Shown piece after piece: positions 1 to 14,400 of a stretch of DNA of 64,000 nucleotides. Each line of letters opens with the position of its first letter. Positions within the stretch are counted from its first letter, which is position 1. Both the position numbers and the translations under genes were made by a program. The stretch is from Amoebophrya sp. A120 (lineage: Eukaryota > Protista > Dinoflagellata), in the NCBI GenBank assembly GCA_905178155.1, contig CAJINV010000001.1, positions 11,887,832 to 11,951,831 on the forward strand, in the 5' to 3' direction. The notes under the pieces were generated by a model. That model did no database searches, was not told the DNA's origin, and saw only the letters and a program-made list of their open reading frames with translations.

Positions 1-182
1 GCTGCGGCCCCAGCGGGCGGAGAGACAACAAGCCTGAGAACATACGTTTCGTACTGGAGCAGGTTGGAAGCATATTGGAAAAATCGGCAGCAGAAGTGGC
101 CGAAATCGTTGCAAGAAACGCAGAGAGGATTTTCAGTGATGACCTATCAACTTCTAGCCCCGTGGATCGGGGAAAGACATAA
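1..182 (+). CDS. 3' end of a TatD-family DNase (partial, frame 3; not in the ORF track)
   Basis: Frame starting at base 3 reads CGPSGRRDNKPENIRFVLEQVGSILEKSAAEVAEIVARNAERIF..., stop TAA at 180-182. This matches the TatD C-terminal pattern (GP..RNEP.NI..V...IA......EVA.....NA.RLF). Confidence 0.7.
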   Translation, partial: CGPSGRRDNKPENIRFVLEQVGSILEKSAAEVAEIVARNAERIFSDDLSTSSPVDRGKT

Positions 183-559
183 ATTACGAAGAGCTTTGCG
201 CTGCAGAGTTCTTGTTCCCTACTGGATGCTAGTGCACCAGTTTTCGTCAGAGGCATGATGGTGTGTTCATCCGCTGGACATTTTATTTTTTGTCTGTATT
301 TACGCGCGCCTTGATTCTTTGTTTTGTCTTGTACTGGTGGTGGGGAGGAAATGAATTCAAATAGAGATACATTACAGCAAACGAAATCGCGGGGAATTCT
401 TTATCGTTTGGTCGTCCTGATGGATTTTTCAACAAGCTATAACTCGTCCTCTCTTTACTCATTTTTTGTTTTTGAACTTTTCACATCGGTTCTGTTTTCT
501 GTTTTTGATGAGCGCATATGAGTATCCGCATGCTTCTGCTTTAGTCTGATAGCCCGGTA

Positions 560-3500
560 ATGGTAAAGATAGCATTGCGGTGCCGGATGAAACATCAAGC
601 GTGTAGGTGGTCGGTGGTTCTTTGGAGCTGCCTGCTTTTGCGACCAGCGGCCGCGCTACCAGAGGTTGCCGTCTGTCTTCGCGGCGTCCCGGGCTCCCGT
701 CGGGCCTTGAAGCATTGGCACAAGTATGTCTGGCCCTCTCTTGGAGGGGAAGAGAATGTGGATCTGTTTCTCGTATCGCCGATCCAGAAGCAAGTTCTGC
801 AGCGGCACCACTGCCTGGAGTTTCCAGAAGAAAAAGCCATCGAGAAGAGGTTCTACCTGTCGCTCCACGACGGGGAAGACGAGGCGACCACAGGGGGCTT
901 GGAGGTGAAGAAAGATGAACTTGAGTCAGATACTAGTACAAAAAAGCTAGAGCCGCACTGCGAAAACCGTGCTATCCCCGTGAAAGACGCTTTTCTGCGC
1001 AACGACGTCGATATGGAGGCGTTTCACGACGAGCACACCCCCGCCTGGCGGGCCTATGCTTTTCCGCTCATGTTCGAAGCGGATTCGAAGCTGCTCGGGG
1101 GGCTTCCCTTCCCCGACTACGACCAATTGGCGTTTCAGGAGAACTACCAGGTGCTCCGGCAACCGACCCGCTGGCGGGATTTGTCGTGGAAGCTGGAGAA
1201 GCATGAGCGCAGCCACCGAACCTACCTGCGCCGGTACATCAAGGCGGCGCCGCAATTTTTCGACCTGTGGAAGTGCGAAGAAATCATTTCCAACTCGGAA
1301 GTGTATGCGAGGAATCACAAGAAATACAGTCATGTGCTTATTACAATGAAAAATCCCCTCACCCCCGAACCTGGGCGCATTTGTATTGCAAACCTTTGCA
1401 AATGAAACATTCGCCCTCTTGCATCTATCAGCATCACAGATTTCGAGTCGTGAATCGAAAAAAATTGTATTGCGCAAGATCCCAGCAAGAGCGGCGCTTG
1501 TCATGCGAGCAATGCGATATACGCCTAGACTCTGCATCAGAAAGATTCATAGTCCTTTCATGCATGACAAAAAGTTTTCATTTGGAAACTTTGCATCACA
1601 AATTATTGCAACTTGGGGGGTGAGGGCATTTCTCATTGTAATAGTGCTAATCTCGCGGATGGACTTGTTCTTCTTCGCGCCCCACGCGAACATATCAAAT
1701 GTAAAAATGTCTGGGTCCTCTGGAAGAATGCAACTTGTGATGCTGCATTTAGATTCCAGAAAAATCTCTATTGCATGAGTACCAAAGGCAAGGCAATTTT
1801 TGCTACGCGGAGAGGGCATTTGTAATGCGGAATAGACATCAAGAAGCTCTCAAAAAATCTGTTGTGCTAGGGCATGCATCACAGACATCAGGGCTCATGC
1901 AAAACGTGCATGACAAGTGTCAGAATCTTCCAGACCCAGACACTTTTACATTTGATAGAACATCCTACCCGCGACGCGGGGCCTGACGTTCGCGAACTTG
2001 GGCTACGACTACGAAGAGCCCCGGATGGCCGCGATCCGGCCCTACCGGTACGGCTGTTTCATCCCGCGGGGAATGGACTGGGTCACGGGCGTGGCAGATT
2101 TGCTCGCTTTGTGCGACCGGAAAGCGGCGCGCGTGTACATGAAGGGGCGGCTCGATCTCTTGAAGCAACCCACGCAGTTTTTGGAGCTGGCGGACCTGGC
2201 AAGGAAGAGACGCGGCATCTACAACAGTGAGCTGTTTTTGGCAGATGCGTTGGAACTACACCAAGTACCGATTCAGCGGTACGAGGCGGCGTTTTTTCGG
2301 TCCTGCGCGGTGCCGGTGGACTTCGAGAAAGAGCTGTTTGTGAAGGAGTACGACGTGCTTTTGCTGAGTGAGGTGGAGGATTTGATGCTGGAAAAAGAAA
2401 GACTCAACCCAGTTAGTTCTACAAGCGAAGTCGCAGGAACAATCGATGTTGACTCTCCGTCGCCAGAATCTACCTCCAATCTGGAAGTGGAAGAGCAAGA
2501 ACCTTCTGAAGCGAAAGCAACAGCAATGCGGAAGCAGCCTGCACAAGTAGAGAAGAAAAAAGTAGAAAAACCTACCGACCTCCAGACGACCATAGCGAAC
2601 CGCAAAGGCTACAAGAATCGGTGCCGAGTTTGGAGCGAGTTGGGGGTGGCCGGAAAGTTTGAGGCTCCCCGGCCGCCGGAAAGCCGGGTGGAAAGAGCGC
2701 GGGACTTTTGGCACATTTATTTAGTACCGGGGAAGCTGCCGCACGAAGTTCTGGGGAAGATGAAACAGCAGCTGTTTCTGTGGAAGGAGCATCAAATTGT
2801 GCCTCAGTACATCTCCACGGCGAGGTTCGACGTCGACTCGCTGATCAGGCACTTCGCTTTCAACAACACCAAGGTGGCAAGCTATTTCGCGCACTTTTAT
2901 CACGAGTTTCGGAAGTTTGCGGTGTTGGACAAGAAAAGCGGACAACCTTTGAAGGTGCAAGAGCTCGCTGCAACGACAACATCTACCTCATCGGCGTTGC
3001 TGGACGAGAGCAGCAGGAGGACTACAGATCATTCATCTATTCCGGAGGAGTCCTCAAATGAAGATCCTATAAAAATCGCTCTCGCCGGCCGTCGCACGCA
3101 GTGGAAGAAGTCCACTCTTCGACAGAGTATGCACAAACTCACGAGGAAGAAGGCGCCGAAATTTGACCAACATTCCCTGGAGAACATCACCCAGCGGCTG
3201 ATGTACTGTGGCGCGGACGTGGGGGAGCGGTTTGAGCGTCATTTGCAGGTCGCGGCGCCGCACTTGGAACCGCAAGCGCGGTTCGAGCTAACCGGCTACC
3301 CGGGCGCGAGCACAAAGGGGCAAGCGCTTTACTTCGGACCGGCAAGGGAGGGCCAGCAACTGGTTTCGTATTTCTACGCAAACGCGATTGAGGTCAATAT
3401 CAAGGCGGTGGTGTGGGACAACAACATTTTGCTGGAATTCGGGAAGGAGATGCTGCAAAGGTATTACGATGCCTTGCTCGAGGAAAAAGAAGGGCAAAAG

Positions 3501-3929
3501 AATGCTGTCGTAGAGCCTTCAACATCCGATATTGGAAATGGCACGGATGCAGCGACCGAACGAAAAGCCTTTGAGACCGCGCTGATCGGGTCGGGCACCA
3601 GTCAGGAGGTGATAGACAAAGTGCTCGCAAAAGGCGGAGATCTGGACACCCTGGTACAGGACCCGCGGACGTACATCAACGAAAGTCACTGGGACGGCAG
3701 GACCGGGAAACTGGTGCAAGACACCCGGATAACCGGCAGCAAGTACCGGGAAAAGGTTTTTGTGTCGCAGAAAATAACGGAGGAGGACAATGTGCTCCAG
3801 TCGCAACTGATGGGGCTGTGGGACTACTTGAAGTTGGCAACGACCGCAACGGATCGGGCAAAGAAAATAGCGGAACTGGGAAAATTGTTTCCTTTGTTTC
3901 ACTTTCCAAGCACGAGATTTCACGTGTGA
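560..3929 (+). CDS. Secreted or membrane-anchored glycosyltransferase-like hypothetical protein, about 929 aa; exons 560-1338, 1649-1692, 1963-3929
   Basis: Hydrophobic N-terminus followed by VAVCLRG. Removing two introners joins ORFs 560 and 1998 in frame, giving YSHVLISRMDLFFFAPH...CFIPRGMDWVTGVADLLALCD, similar to the R.D-L and G..D..A motifs of uncharacterised GT-like families. Function is inferred. Confidence 0.6.
1339..1643. mobile_element. IR introner, family A (305 bp)
   Basis: TIR TATTACAATGAAAAATCCCCTCACCCC / GGGGTGAGGGCATTTCTCATTGTAATA; TSD GTGCT at 1334-1338 and 1644-1648; removing 310 nt restores the frame. Confidence 0.93.
1693..1957. mobile_element. IR introner, family B (265 bp)
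   Basis: TIR TATCAAATGTAAAAATGTCTGGGTC..TGGAAGA / TCTTCCAGACCCAGACACTTTTACATTTGATA; TSD GAACA at 1688-1692 and 1958-1962; removing 270 nt keeps the frame. Confidence 0.93.
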
Positions 3930-4426
3930 GATGCGATTCGCAGCAGGCTGGGCATGATGTCTGCGAACAGACTTCTGTATGCCTCTCTGTGTAAAAGTTC
4001 TTGATGTAGTTGCCACAGTGCGTCATCTAACTATGAGCAGCCGTATCTGCTGCCAAGTATTTCGATTATTGAAATGTGTAGAGCAAAAATCGAGGATGTT
4101 CTGAAAATGATCTCCGAAGATATCATTTGATCATGTGCGATCCTTCGTGAAGCTGCTGCTCCGATCAAATTATGCTGTTCGTTGAAAAGATCCTCCGAAG
4201 GTGTCGATCGTGAAAACAGTGCAAGAAATTCACGTTCTGATCAAAGTGAAACATCTCGATCCAGATCCTCATTCACATCTTCATCCGTGCAGGGCAAATC
4301 AATGGTACGTTTGAAAAGGAAGTTCTCCTCGAGTAGCTAGAAATTTTCACGACATCCGCATCGCGCTTTATACCAACTAACTATCTACCACGACCTACTT
4401 CTTCTTCTTCCTCCATCATTTTCTAA

Positions 4427-6260
<1,834 letters not shown>

Positions 6261-8484
6261 CAGGACATCGTGCAGCTTTGCAGCGAACGACATTTGCTTC
6301 AAAAGTTAGAAGCTTGAACGCTTTTTGAGCGAAAATGAATAACATCATTATTAATGAACTGCAAAAGAAAAGTTGCCGCTTTGCCTCTGTGCTGTTCGCG
6401 ATTCTCATGCAGATTTATACCGGTGACAGATGTAAAAAGAAGAACAAGTCGGTCTCTAGTATTTTTGCGAAGAACAAAGCGAGTCATGATCAATTTTTGA
6501 GCACTTGAAGAACTACACCGAGAGCCAGCAGCAAAACTCGATGGTCGGTCTTTTTTTTTCCACTCTGGCCTGAGCGGCTTCTGTTGATTTTTTTTTTTAT
6601 TTGTGAAGCAGCAGGATCAGGACAAACACAAAGAAACTTTGCGATCACACTTAATACCCAAAAACAGGATTCAAGATCTTCCCCCTCTTTAGATAGTATC
6701 CGACTCATTTTAGAAAGTTCCCGCAGTTGCATCGTATTTCTAAAACAAAGTTATTTGCATTTTTAGTTCTCGCTGACTATCTTGATCGCTTATAACTGAT
6801 CTAATACCTTCGCTCCAGCAGGACTTTTCTCTCGGATGAACTCGGTACGTATCTCAGCACCTAAATTTCTCGACCAATGAGAAATTACGTTTTCCAAAAA
6901 CGCTAAAAAAATGATCTTGAAAATTATCTATTACCCGCAGTTACGAATGATTTTTTCAAATCTCCCAACAACGATCCCAACATATAGTTCCGCGACCTGA
7001 ATGTTTTGATCTTTTGCAAAAGGTAGTACCCCGATCCGTAAATCCAAAAAACAAAATTGGCGATCTTAGAGCAAAAATCGCAGGAGCAAGACCGCGCGCG
7101 CCCGATTCGGTTTTGGTATTGTAGAAAGTATCGCCTAGAAGTAAGTACTCTATTGATGAAAATTCGAGGCAAGTGTCGCTCGATCGGCAATATATAGTAG
7201 CATTGGAATTGCTCCTTTCGCGCGCAGACTTCACGAGAAGACTGTCTGAAGCGCGGACGCTTTTCCTGGGCTTGCGAATCGCGCAACCCCGCAAAGAACC
7301 CTGGAGAGAGTGGTCGAATCTAGCACCTCACTCTGTTCGTTGCAACGACGACCGGAATCAGAAAAATTCTTGATCAGAGCAGCGGTGCGCGCGCGAGAAA
7401 ATTCTGCAGTTGACGGTGCAATAGTCAGCTGGAACTTACTAGTTGTATAGAACCGGAAATAAAGTATAGAGAAAACAACATCATCACCACAAACCAACCT
7501 CACAGTCAGTGTTGCGACAAAGCTCTCCGGTGGGAGGGCCGGAAGAAGAAGAGAATCTGGCAAGATGTAGCGCTAGAAGGGCGCCGCGCTCCAGAATACT
7601 GACAAAAAAAAATAAAAAAACCAAAAAAATCATTTATCGAAAAGAAGTGAGGAGAGATATTTAGTAAGAAGTCACAGATACTACACTACGTAGTTGTGAT
7701 TTATTAGTAAATCTATTACTGGATATACTTTCTCGTTTTCTACTGAGAAAGCCAAAACTTTCTATACTGTCCGTAGTGATCCACGGCTTGCTGTGACAAA
7801 CTCGACGCAAAGCGGTGTGTCATAACAGACGAAGTGGTTCGCAATTACAAATCGATTGTAATTAACTCTGCTGACGTTTGAGTTGTACCGTACCTGAGAT
7901 ATTTTTACGAGATTCTGACGACACCGCGACTAAGAATTGAGTAGATACCTTTGTACGACGACATTATTATATCCTGCATACTAACTATCCCTACTTCCGA
8001 GTTATTACCGACAAGTACTACAAAATCAATTTCTACGAGTTGTTGTTGGCAACGAACACTGAAATCGAGTATAGTTCCAATAGTATAGCGAAACGGTAAA
8101 AAATCATGAGGCCACGCGCCGCGTCAAATCGACTTTGACGATCCGGGCGCACCACCACGACCCTTTACCACGTAGAGCCGATTTTGGAATAACGAACGAC
8201 ACGAAAAACCACCACATTGGACAATACACCCACGAAAATAATCAAGACCACCACCACCGCCGAGCGGTTACTAGCGAAAAAATCTAATACAGCTTTACTC
8301 TCGGAGTAAAAGACTACAAATCACCGACGCCGGTACCCCCGACGCCAACAACTACAGTCCCCGAAAATATTAAAACTCGAAGGTGGAAGTAGAAAAGCCA
8401 AGAACATCATCATCCTCTTCGCGTCGATCTTCTGTTTATTTTGCCTTCCCCCGAGAACCAGACCAACAACGCCCTTCGTGCTCG

Positions 8485-11400
8485 ATGGAGAGTGATCAGC
8501 CTCCGATTCTCGCGCAACTAAAAAAAGACCACAGTCGCACCTCCTCCTCCCACGACCAGCTTGAAGACGACAACAGCACGCGCAATCATGTCCTGCTAGA
8601 GGAGGGGGAAACGACGACATCAAACGTGGAAGCCAGTTTCGTCGCGAGTTCCAGTAGCATATGCATTGCAAAAGTATCGTATTAGTATAAATTGCATCAC
8701 AAATTTTGGCAAGAAGAAAAATGGAATTTGTAATGCTGGTTTACATGAGGAAGGAGATTTGTACATGCATATTTGCAATTACTACGAGTACGATACTTTT
8801 GCACAGGATATAGCACGCCCCAGTCGGCCGACCCGGAGACGACTGCAAGCATGAATGTGGGCGATCTGATATCGACAGGAAAAATCCCCCCTCCCCATAT
8901 CAAAACGGAATTTCTGATGCTGGATTTGTGTACACAAATCAGCTTTGTATTGCAGAAAGGCACTCCGGCCAGATCCCCACACTAGGCACGGGTGTATCGG
9001 TCTACTTGTTCAGCATGGCAAACGGCTCCCCTTTAGGCCCAACAGCATGACAAATCGCTCCCATAATGGAGCGGAAGCTTCTGCCCTTGTCTTCTTGCAA
9101 TACAAATGTGATTTGCGACCTCAAATCAGCAACAGGGTGAGGGACCCCTGACGGTTGGCCACGCTGCATGTTCTGGGACCACGCAAATTCTAGCCTGCGA
9201 GGAGGGGGGAGCGCGCAAAAAAAAGGTTGGCCTACGGATATCAGGTGGAACTAAGGCTCAAATCAGCAACACAAATTTTCGCAAACATACCTTTACGATA
9301 TGGGGAGGGGGGATTTTTGCTTTTGATATCTGACCGCGACGACGACCACGAGCAACGGGCAGGAAACAGCGACCAACGAGGGGGGTACTACGACCAGTGC
9401 TGTTGCTACAACAGCTATGGGTGCGCAGCCACACGAACCCAATGCCGAAGTTCAGCAGCTCAACGTCTCCGGCTCGTCCTCTGCAAGTATGAGCAGTAGT
9501 ACGGGAAATAACAATTTCCCCAACACCGTTTTTGGCAATGCGTTGCAGCAAAAGCCGGAAGGGGAAGCAGCACCGGCAGTACGAAACACAGAACCACCGC
9601 CGGCGCTCGGCGGAACTGCGGATGCACAGTAAACAGAATGATATTTTGTGGCTTCTTGATGTTTTCGCTGGTTTTTTTCGGTCTCCTGTGTCTTTATTGC
9701 ATGAAACAGAATCATAGATCGGCGCTCGCACTGCGTTTCTTGAGCACATTGGGAATATTAAACGTATTACGTTGTTGAATATCAAACAATTCCAGGTCTA
9801 CATTCGCTCCGCCACCACGGACGCAGTCGGAGGGAACTGGTTCAGGTCTCCAGGGCATGCTTACGAACTTCCTGCTCATGGTACATTTTTTTTCTTATGC
9901 AGCCTCAGTTGGCTCTTCTTGTTGAATGATTACGCTGACACTACAGTTCCGACCTAAGAACTACTCTACGAAATTTCAACGCAAAAATATCAAAACTTCC
10001 CAAATTCAGTCCGGCGGAGGCTCCAAAGCTGCAGATCCACCAGCAGCACCGCAGCAAGTGTCGTCCTCGCAACCCGCAGTGGTACAACAGCCTGCTACCC
10101 TGACCTCAAGCGAGCAGTCCCAATCGAAGGAGACGATTTCTGCGGACACCAGTGCCAAGCCCGCCGCCGCGGAGCAGCAGACAAAGTCGAAGAACAGCAC
10201 GAAGCAGCCGACTAGCAGCTCCTCCTCGAGCTCGTCGAGCAGCGGAAACAATAATGCCAAGAACAAAAGCGCCGCGGTTCCCCCCCTGCAAAATGCCTCC
10301 ACGACGCAAAAAAAGCTTGGAACCGACAACACGCCGCCGGTGACGAGTCGGTCGAACGAAACGTGGACCGGGAACAAACTGGAGATAAAAAACCACATAG
10401 ACGAACTGCGGGCCGAAATCCTAGAGGAAAGGGCGCTGAAAAAGTCAAATAGCTTGACGGCCTTGCGCCAGCACAGAAATCGCCAGGAGGAGCTAGATGG
10501 TATTGATAGGGGTGATTTTTTGCATGAAATTCTACTTTGTATAGCATTTTTGATTGTCCGAGTCTTGTTCGTATCTATTCGGTAGTGGTCATGTGGTCCT
10601 GAGTATTAAGCATTCTTTACTCGTCGTCGCAGATACTTGTTTCAAGGAAAAACCACCACCCCAAAAATAAATCAACAATTACAGACCAAGAAAACCCCAT
10701 CCGCGTGGCCCGCTGTGAGTTGAACGCGATTCAGATGCGCCCGGTGGTGAATAGTGAGCTTTCCGTTTATGTTTCTCTGAAGGACATCCGGAACAACCGG
10801 CACTGGGAGGATAAACCGCTGTGCACGCCGGTGATCCCAACAGGGTTGGAGGAGGACAAGCCCCTCGCCGACGAGGAGAAACCGGTGAAGTACCGGTGGA
10901 GCCGTGGCCCGGTCATCGCGCCCTGCGTGTACCACAAGCACAAGACATCCATACTCCGGGACACCAGCAAGACCTTTCAGTTCTACTGCAGCCGGGAGTG
11001 CTTACACAGAGGGTGGCGCTCGCTTCCCAAAGAGATGTGGCAGGAAAACCCGATGAATTCCGCCATGGAGGACCAAGAGAAAACCCAGGAGGAACGGCTG
11101 GCACAGAAATTCCGGGAGCAGCAAAGGCTCGACTGGGACATACAACTCAAATCCGACTGGGAAACCATCTCGGAGGGCAGGACGTATAGTCCCAGCATCG
11201 AGGACATCAACCGGCCGCTGAGGTAATATACTAGCTTATGGGATTTTCTACTTTTAGTAGCGAAGGTATAAAAGGAGTCGCGCATGCTACTGCCAGGCGA
11301 ATCCTCCCGTATGTCCAAAATTAATGTTGTTGTGCAAGAACGTCTTCGCGTGTATGAGCAAAATGAATTTGACTATGTAGTATCGTACTTTCATCTCACG

Positions 11401-14400
11401 ACCTTCATATGATCCCACAGGTTCGAAGTGATTCCGCTCGACAAGGAAGGCGAGGCAGTGGAGAAGTTCGCCAAATCATGTACCACCGGCACCGTCATTC
11501 CTACCCCGAAGGAAGCGAGAACGCGAAGAATGTTGTCCTTTGGGGGGTCCTTCAACGCGGCTTTTTTGAACAAACAGTTCAAAATTATGAACTGGAACGT
11601 GCTCGCCGACCTCTACGCCACCGAGGCCCAGTACCCGTATTGCGAGAAATTTGCGCTGTCCTGGATGTTCCGCAAACACCTGATCATCAAGGAGATCAAA
11701 TCCATCAACGCGGACATCGTCACGCTGCAAGAAGTCCAGGAGGAACACTTTTTCGAGTGGTTCAAGCCGAATTTGGAAGAAGCGGGCTATGAAGGTATTT
11801 ACTATGTATAATTTTGGGATCTTTGTATCTGGTAGTCGCAATAAATTATGTGTTTGTCGCTGGATGAAGAACGCAATAATTATGCGTGGTTCAACTACAT
11901 TCGCTCATTTTTTGAGTTTGACATCTATGAATCAATTTGCACCCCTCCCAGGCGTGTACCAGCAGAAGAAGCAGAAAAACCCGGTGTTCCACCGAGGGCG
12001 CTACGCCGTCGAGGGTTGCGCGACGTTCTTCAAGAAGAGCCGGTTTTGCCTGCGCGAGAAGCGTATGAAGTGTAAAAATGTCTGGGTCTGGAAGAGTGTT
12101 AAACTTGTCATGCAGGTTTTCCATGACCCATGAGGTCTGGAATGCGGGACCTAGCATGACAGAGTCTGTGAGGTCTCTACTATGCCTATCCTGCATGAGA
12201 AACTCCCTCCCAACTTGGTCGAAATTGGACAGCATTTGGCCTTCATGCAACACAGATTTTCGCACTATTCGGATTTAGCATGACAAGTTGCAATCTTCCA
12301 GACCCAGACACTTTTACAATCCATAAAGCGCACGGTGGAGTTCGATGAAGAAGCACGATCGGTGTTGGAGAACGAGTCCATGCAAGCCCGGCTCTCGAAA
12401 GGTATCATTTGGGTTTTATTTCTTCTCTGCGGGTCGTTTGGAAAACGAAAAGTTATAAGCAGGATGTTGTATGATTTTCCAACTTTATAATTCATCAAAG
12501 AAAGCACGCCAGCAGTTCATTGTGCAGTGATGAAAATTGTTCACCACAATAAATAAAAATCCCAGGCAACATCGCTCTAATCCTGATCCTGGAAGACCTG
12601 GTGCAGAAGCTATTGTGAGGAAAAATCCCCCCTCCCCATATCGAAAACCCATTCGTCTGAAAATTTGTGATTCAGATTTGAGGTCACAAATCCTGTCTGT
12701 CTTGCGGGAAGGCAAAGCCAGAGAGTCCGCCGCATTATGCCGGCGGTTTGTGATGCTGTTGGGCTTACAAAGCCGACTTCTGTCATGCTAGTCCCCTACG
12801 TCAAAACCTCTCGACGGAGGCTTAGAATATGCCTGCAGTCCTCTCCAGCACGACAGACCTGATTTGTGTACGCAAATCCAGCATCAGAAACTTCGTTTCG
12901 ATATGGGGAGGGGGGATTTTTCCCGTTGATAGAAGCCTGACATGTCGACCCCCGACTTCAACCTGCACCCCAAAGACGGCTTTCCCCGGGTGGGCCCCGG
13001 CGGCGGGCACACCGTCGGCGTCGTGAATACGCACATCCTCGCCGATCCGGAGTTCACCGACGTGAAACTGTGGCAAGGACAGCTACTAGTGAACTCGCTG
13101 GATCGCTACTACCATGACGGGATGCCGCTCCTGGTTTGCGGCGACTTCAACTCGACCCCGCAGTCGGCTGTGTATTGATCGTTATTTGCAATAGAGATAA
13201 AGATTTTTCTCGTCGCACTTTCTCACCTCGGAGCTTTGATTCTGTTCTTTGCATGTTTTTGACACAGCAGGAGCAAACAAACCATGTTCATCATGTTCAA
13301 CAACTACTTAAAAACAGGTACGAGCTGTGGCACGACGGCCATGTCTCTCCTAACCACGAGGATCTTGACCGGCCGGATATCTGCGGTTTGCTCGCCAACC
13401 CGTTCATTTTCAAGCACGACTTTCGCTTGATGAGCGCGTACGAAGCCTGCAGTGGAGAGGTACAGACATAGGATTTTACGGTTTTATTATGCTTTCATTC
13501 TTACCGGGGAAACAGACATCGTTATTACTTTACTTGATTCAAAAATGCGTAAGACTAAGAGTCAGAAAAAGAAACACCAAGACGTCATGTGGTTCTCATC
13601 GCGTTCATGCACCACAGCTTCACAAAAATCCTGAATGTTGAAAACACAACAGGAAGCGCAATACACGAATTACACGGAGGACTTTACCGGAACGCTGGAT
13701 TACATCTGGTTCACTCCGGACAAAGTTGTCGCCCTCGCCGTGTCAGCGGTCGACGATGACACCACGCTGCAGCAGGAAACCGCGCTTCCCAGCTCCACGA
13801 GGCCGTATTGATAGTTTTTTGTCGTCAAACTCGATATACAAATTTCGATGTTGATCATGATTGGCGTTCGCGTCGCATGATGTTGCGTAATGTTCTTTAC
13901 TACCGTCATAGATTGATTGTTTCATCGTGAACTTTGCACCGCATAATTCACTGGAACTAACTGTGCAATCAAACAACAGGTCCGATCACATTTCCCTGGT
14001 GACCACGTTTATGTTCGCAGAGCCTCGGACGAAAAACGCCATTGCGGACAAGCAAAAGGAAACGATGACGGAGCTGCAAAAGAAAAATAAGGCTAAATTT
14101 TCGAAGGCATACGAAGAAGCGTACGGGTATTTAATATACAATGTTTTTTTTATTTTCTGTTCCGCTAAAGGGCACACTGCCAACATCATCAGTTCTTCTG
14201 GTGTAGGAGCGGCTTTGGTGCTAATATTTGGAATTTTTCTCCTCATGCAAAACGTCGACGGCACTGCTGGTACAGCGGAAACATGGGTTGTAGCAAAACG
14301 AAATTACTTACAAAAAACAGGTTCCAATCCGCGGAAAACTTCTACGGCGGTCCGGAAGCGTCGCATTACTATGGCTACCACAACCAGTACTGGGATGAGA

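Noticed and set aside
64-258. 64-aa ORF in the track
   Set aside because: The overlapping frame 3 (to 182) gives a recognisable TatD C-terminus, so this ORF is an off-frame shadow.
7092-7396. CGCGCG runs upstream of several genes as a promoter motif
   Set aside because: Positions relative to start codons are inconsistent, and the motif also occurs in coding DNA.
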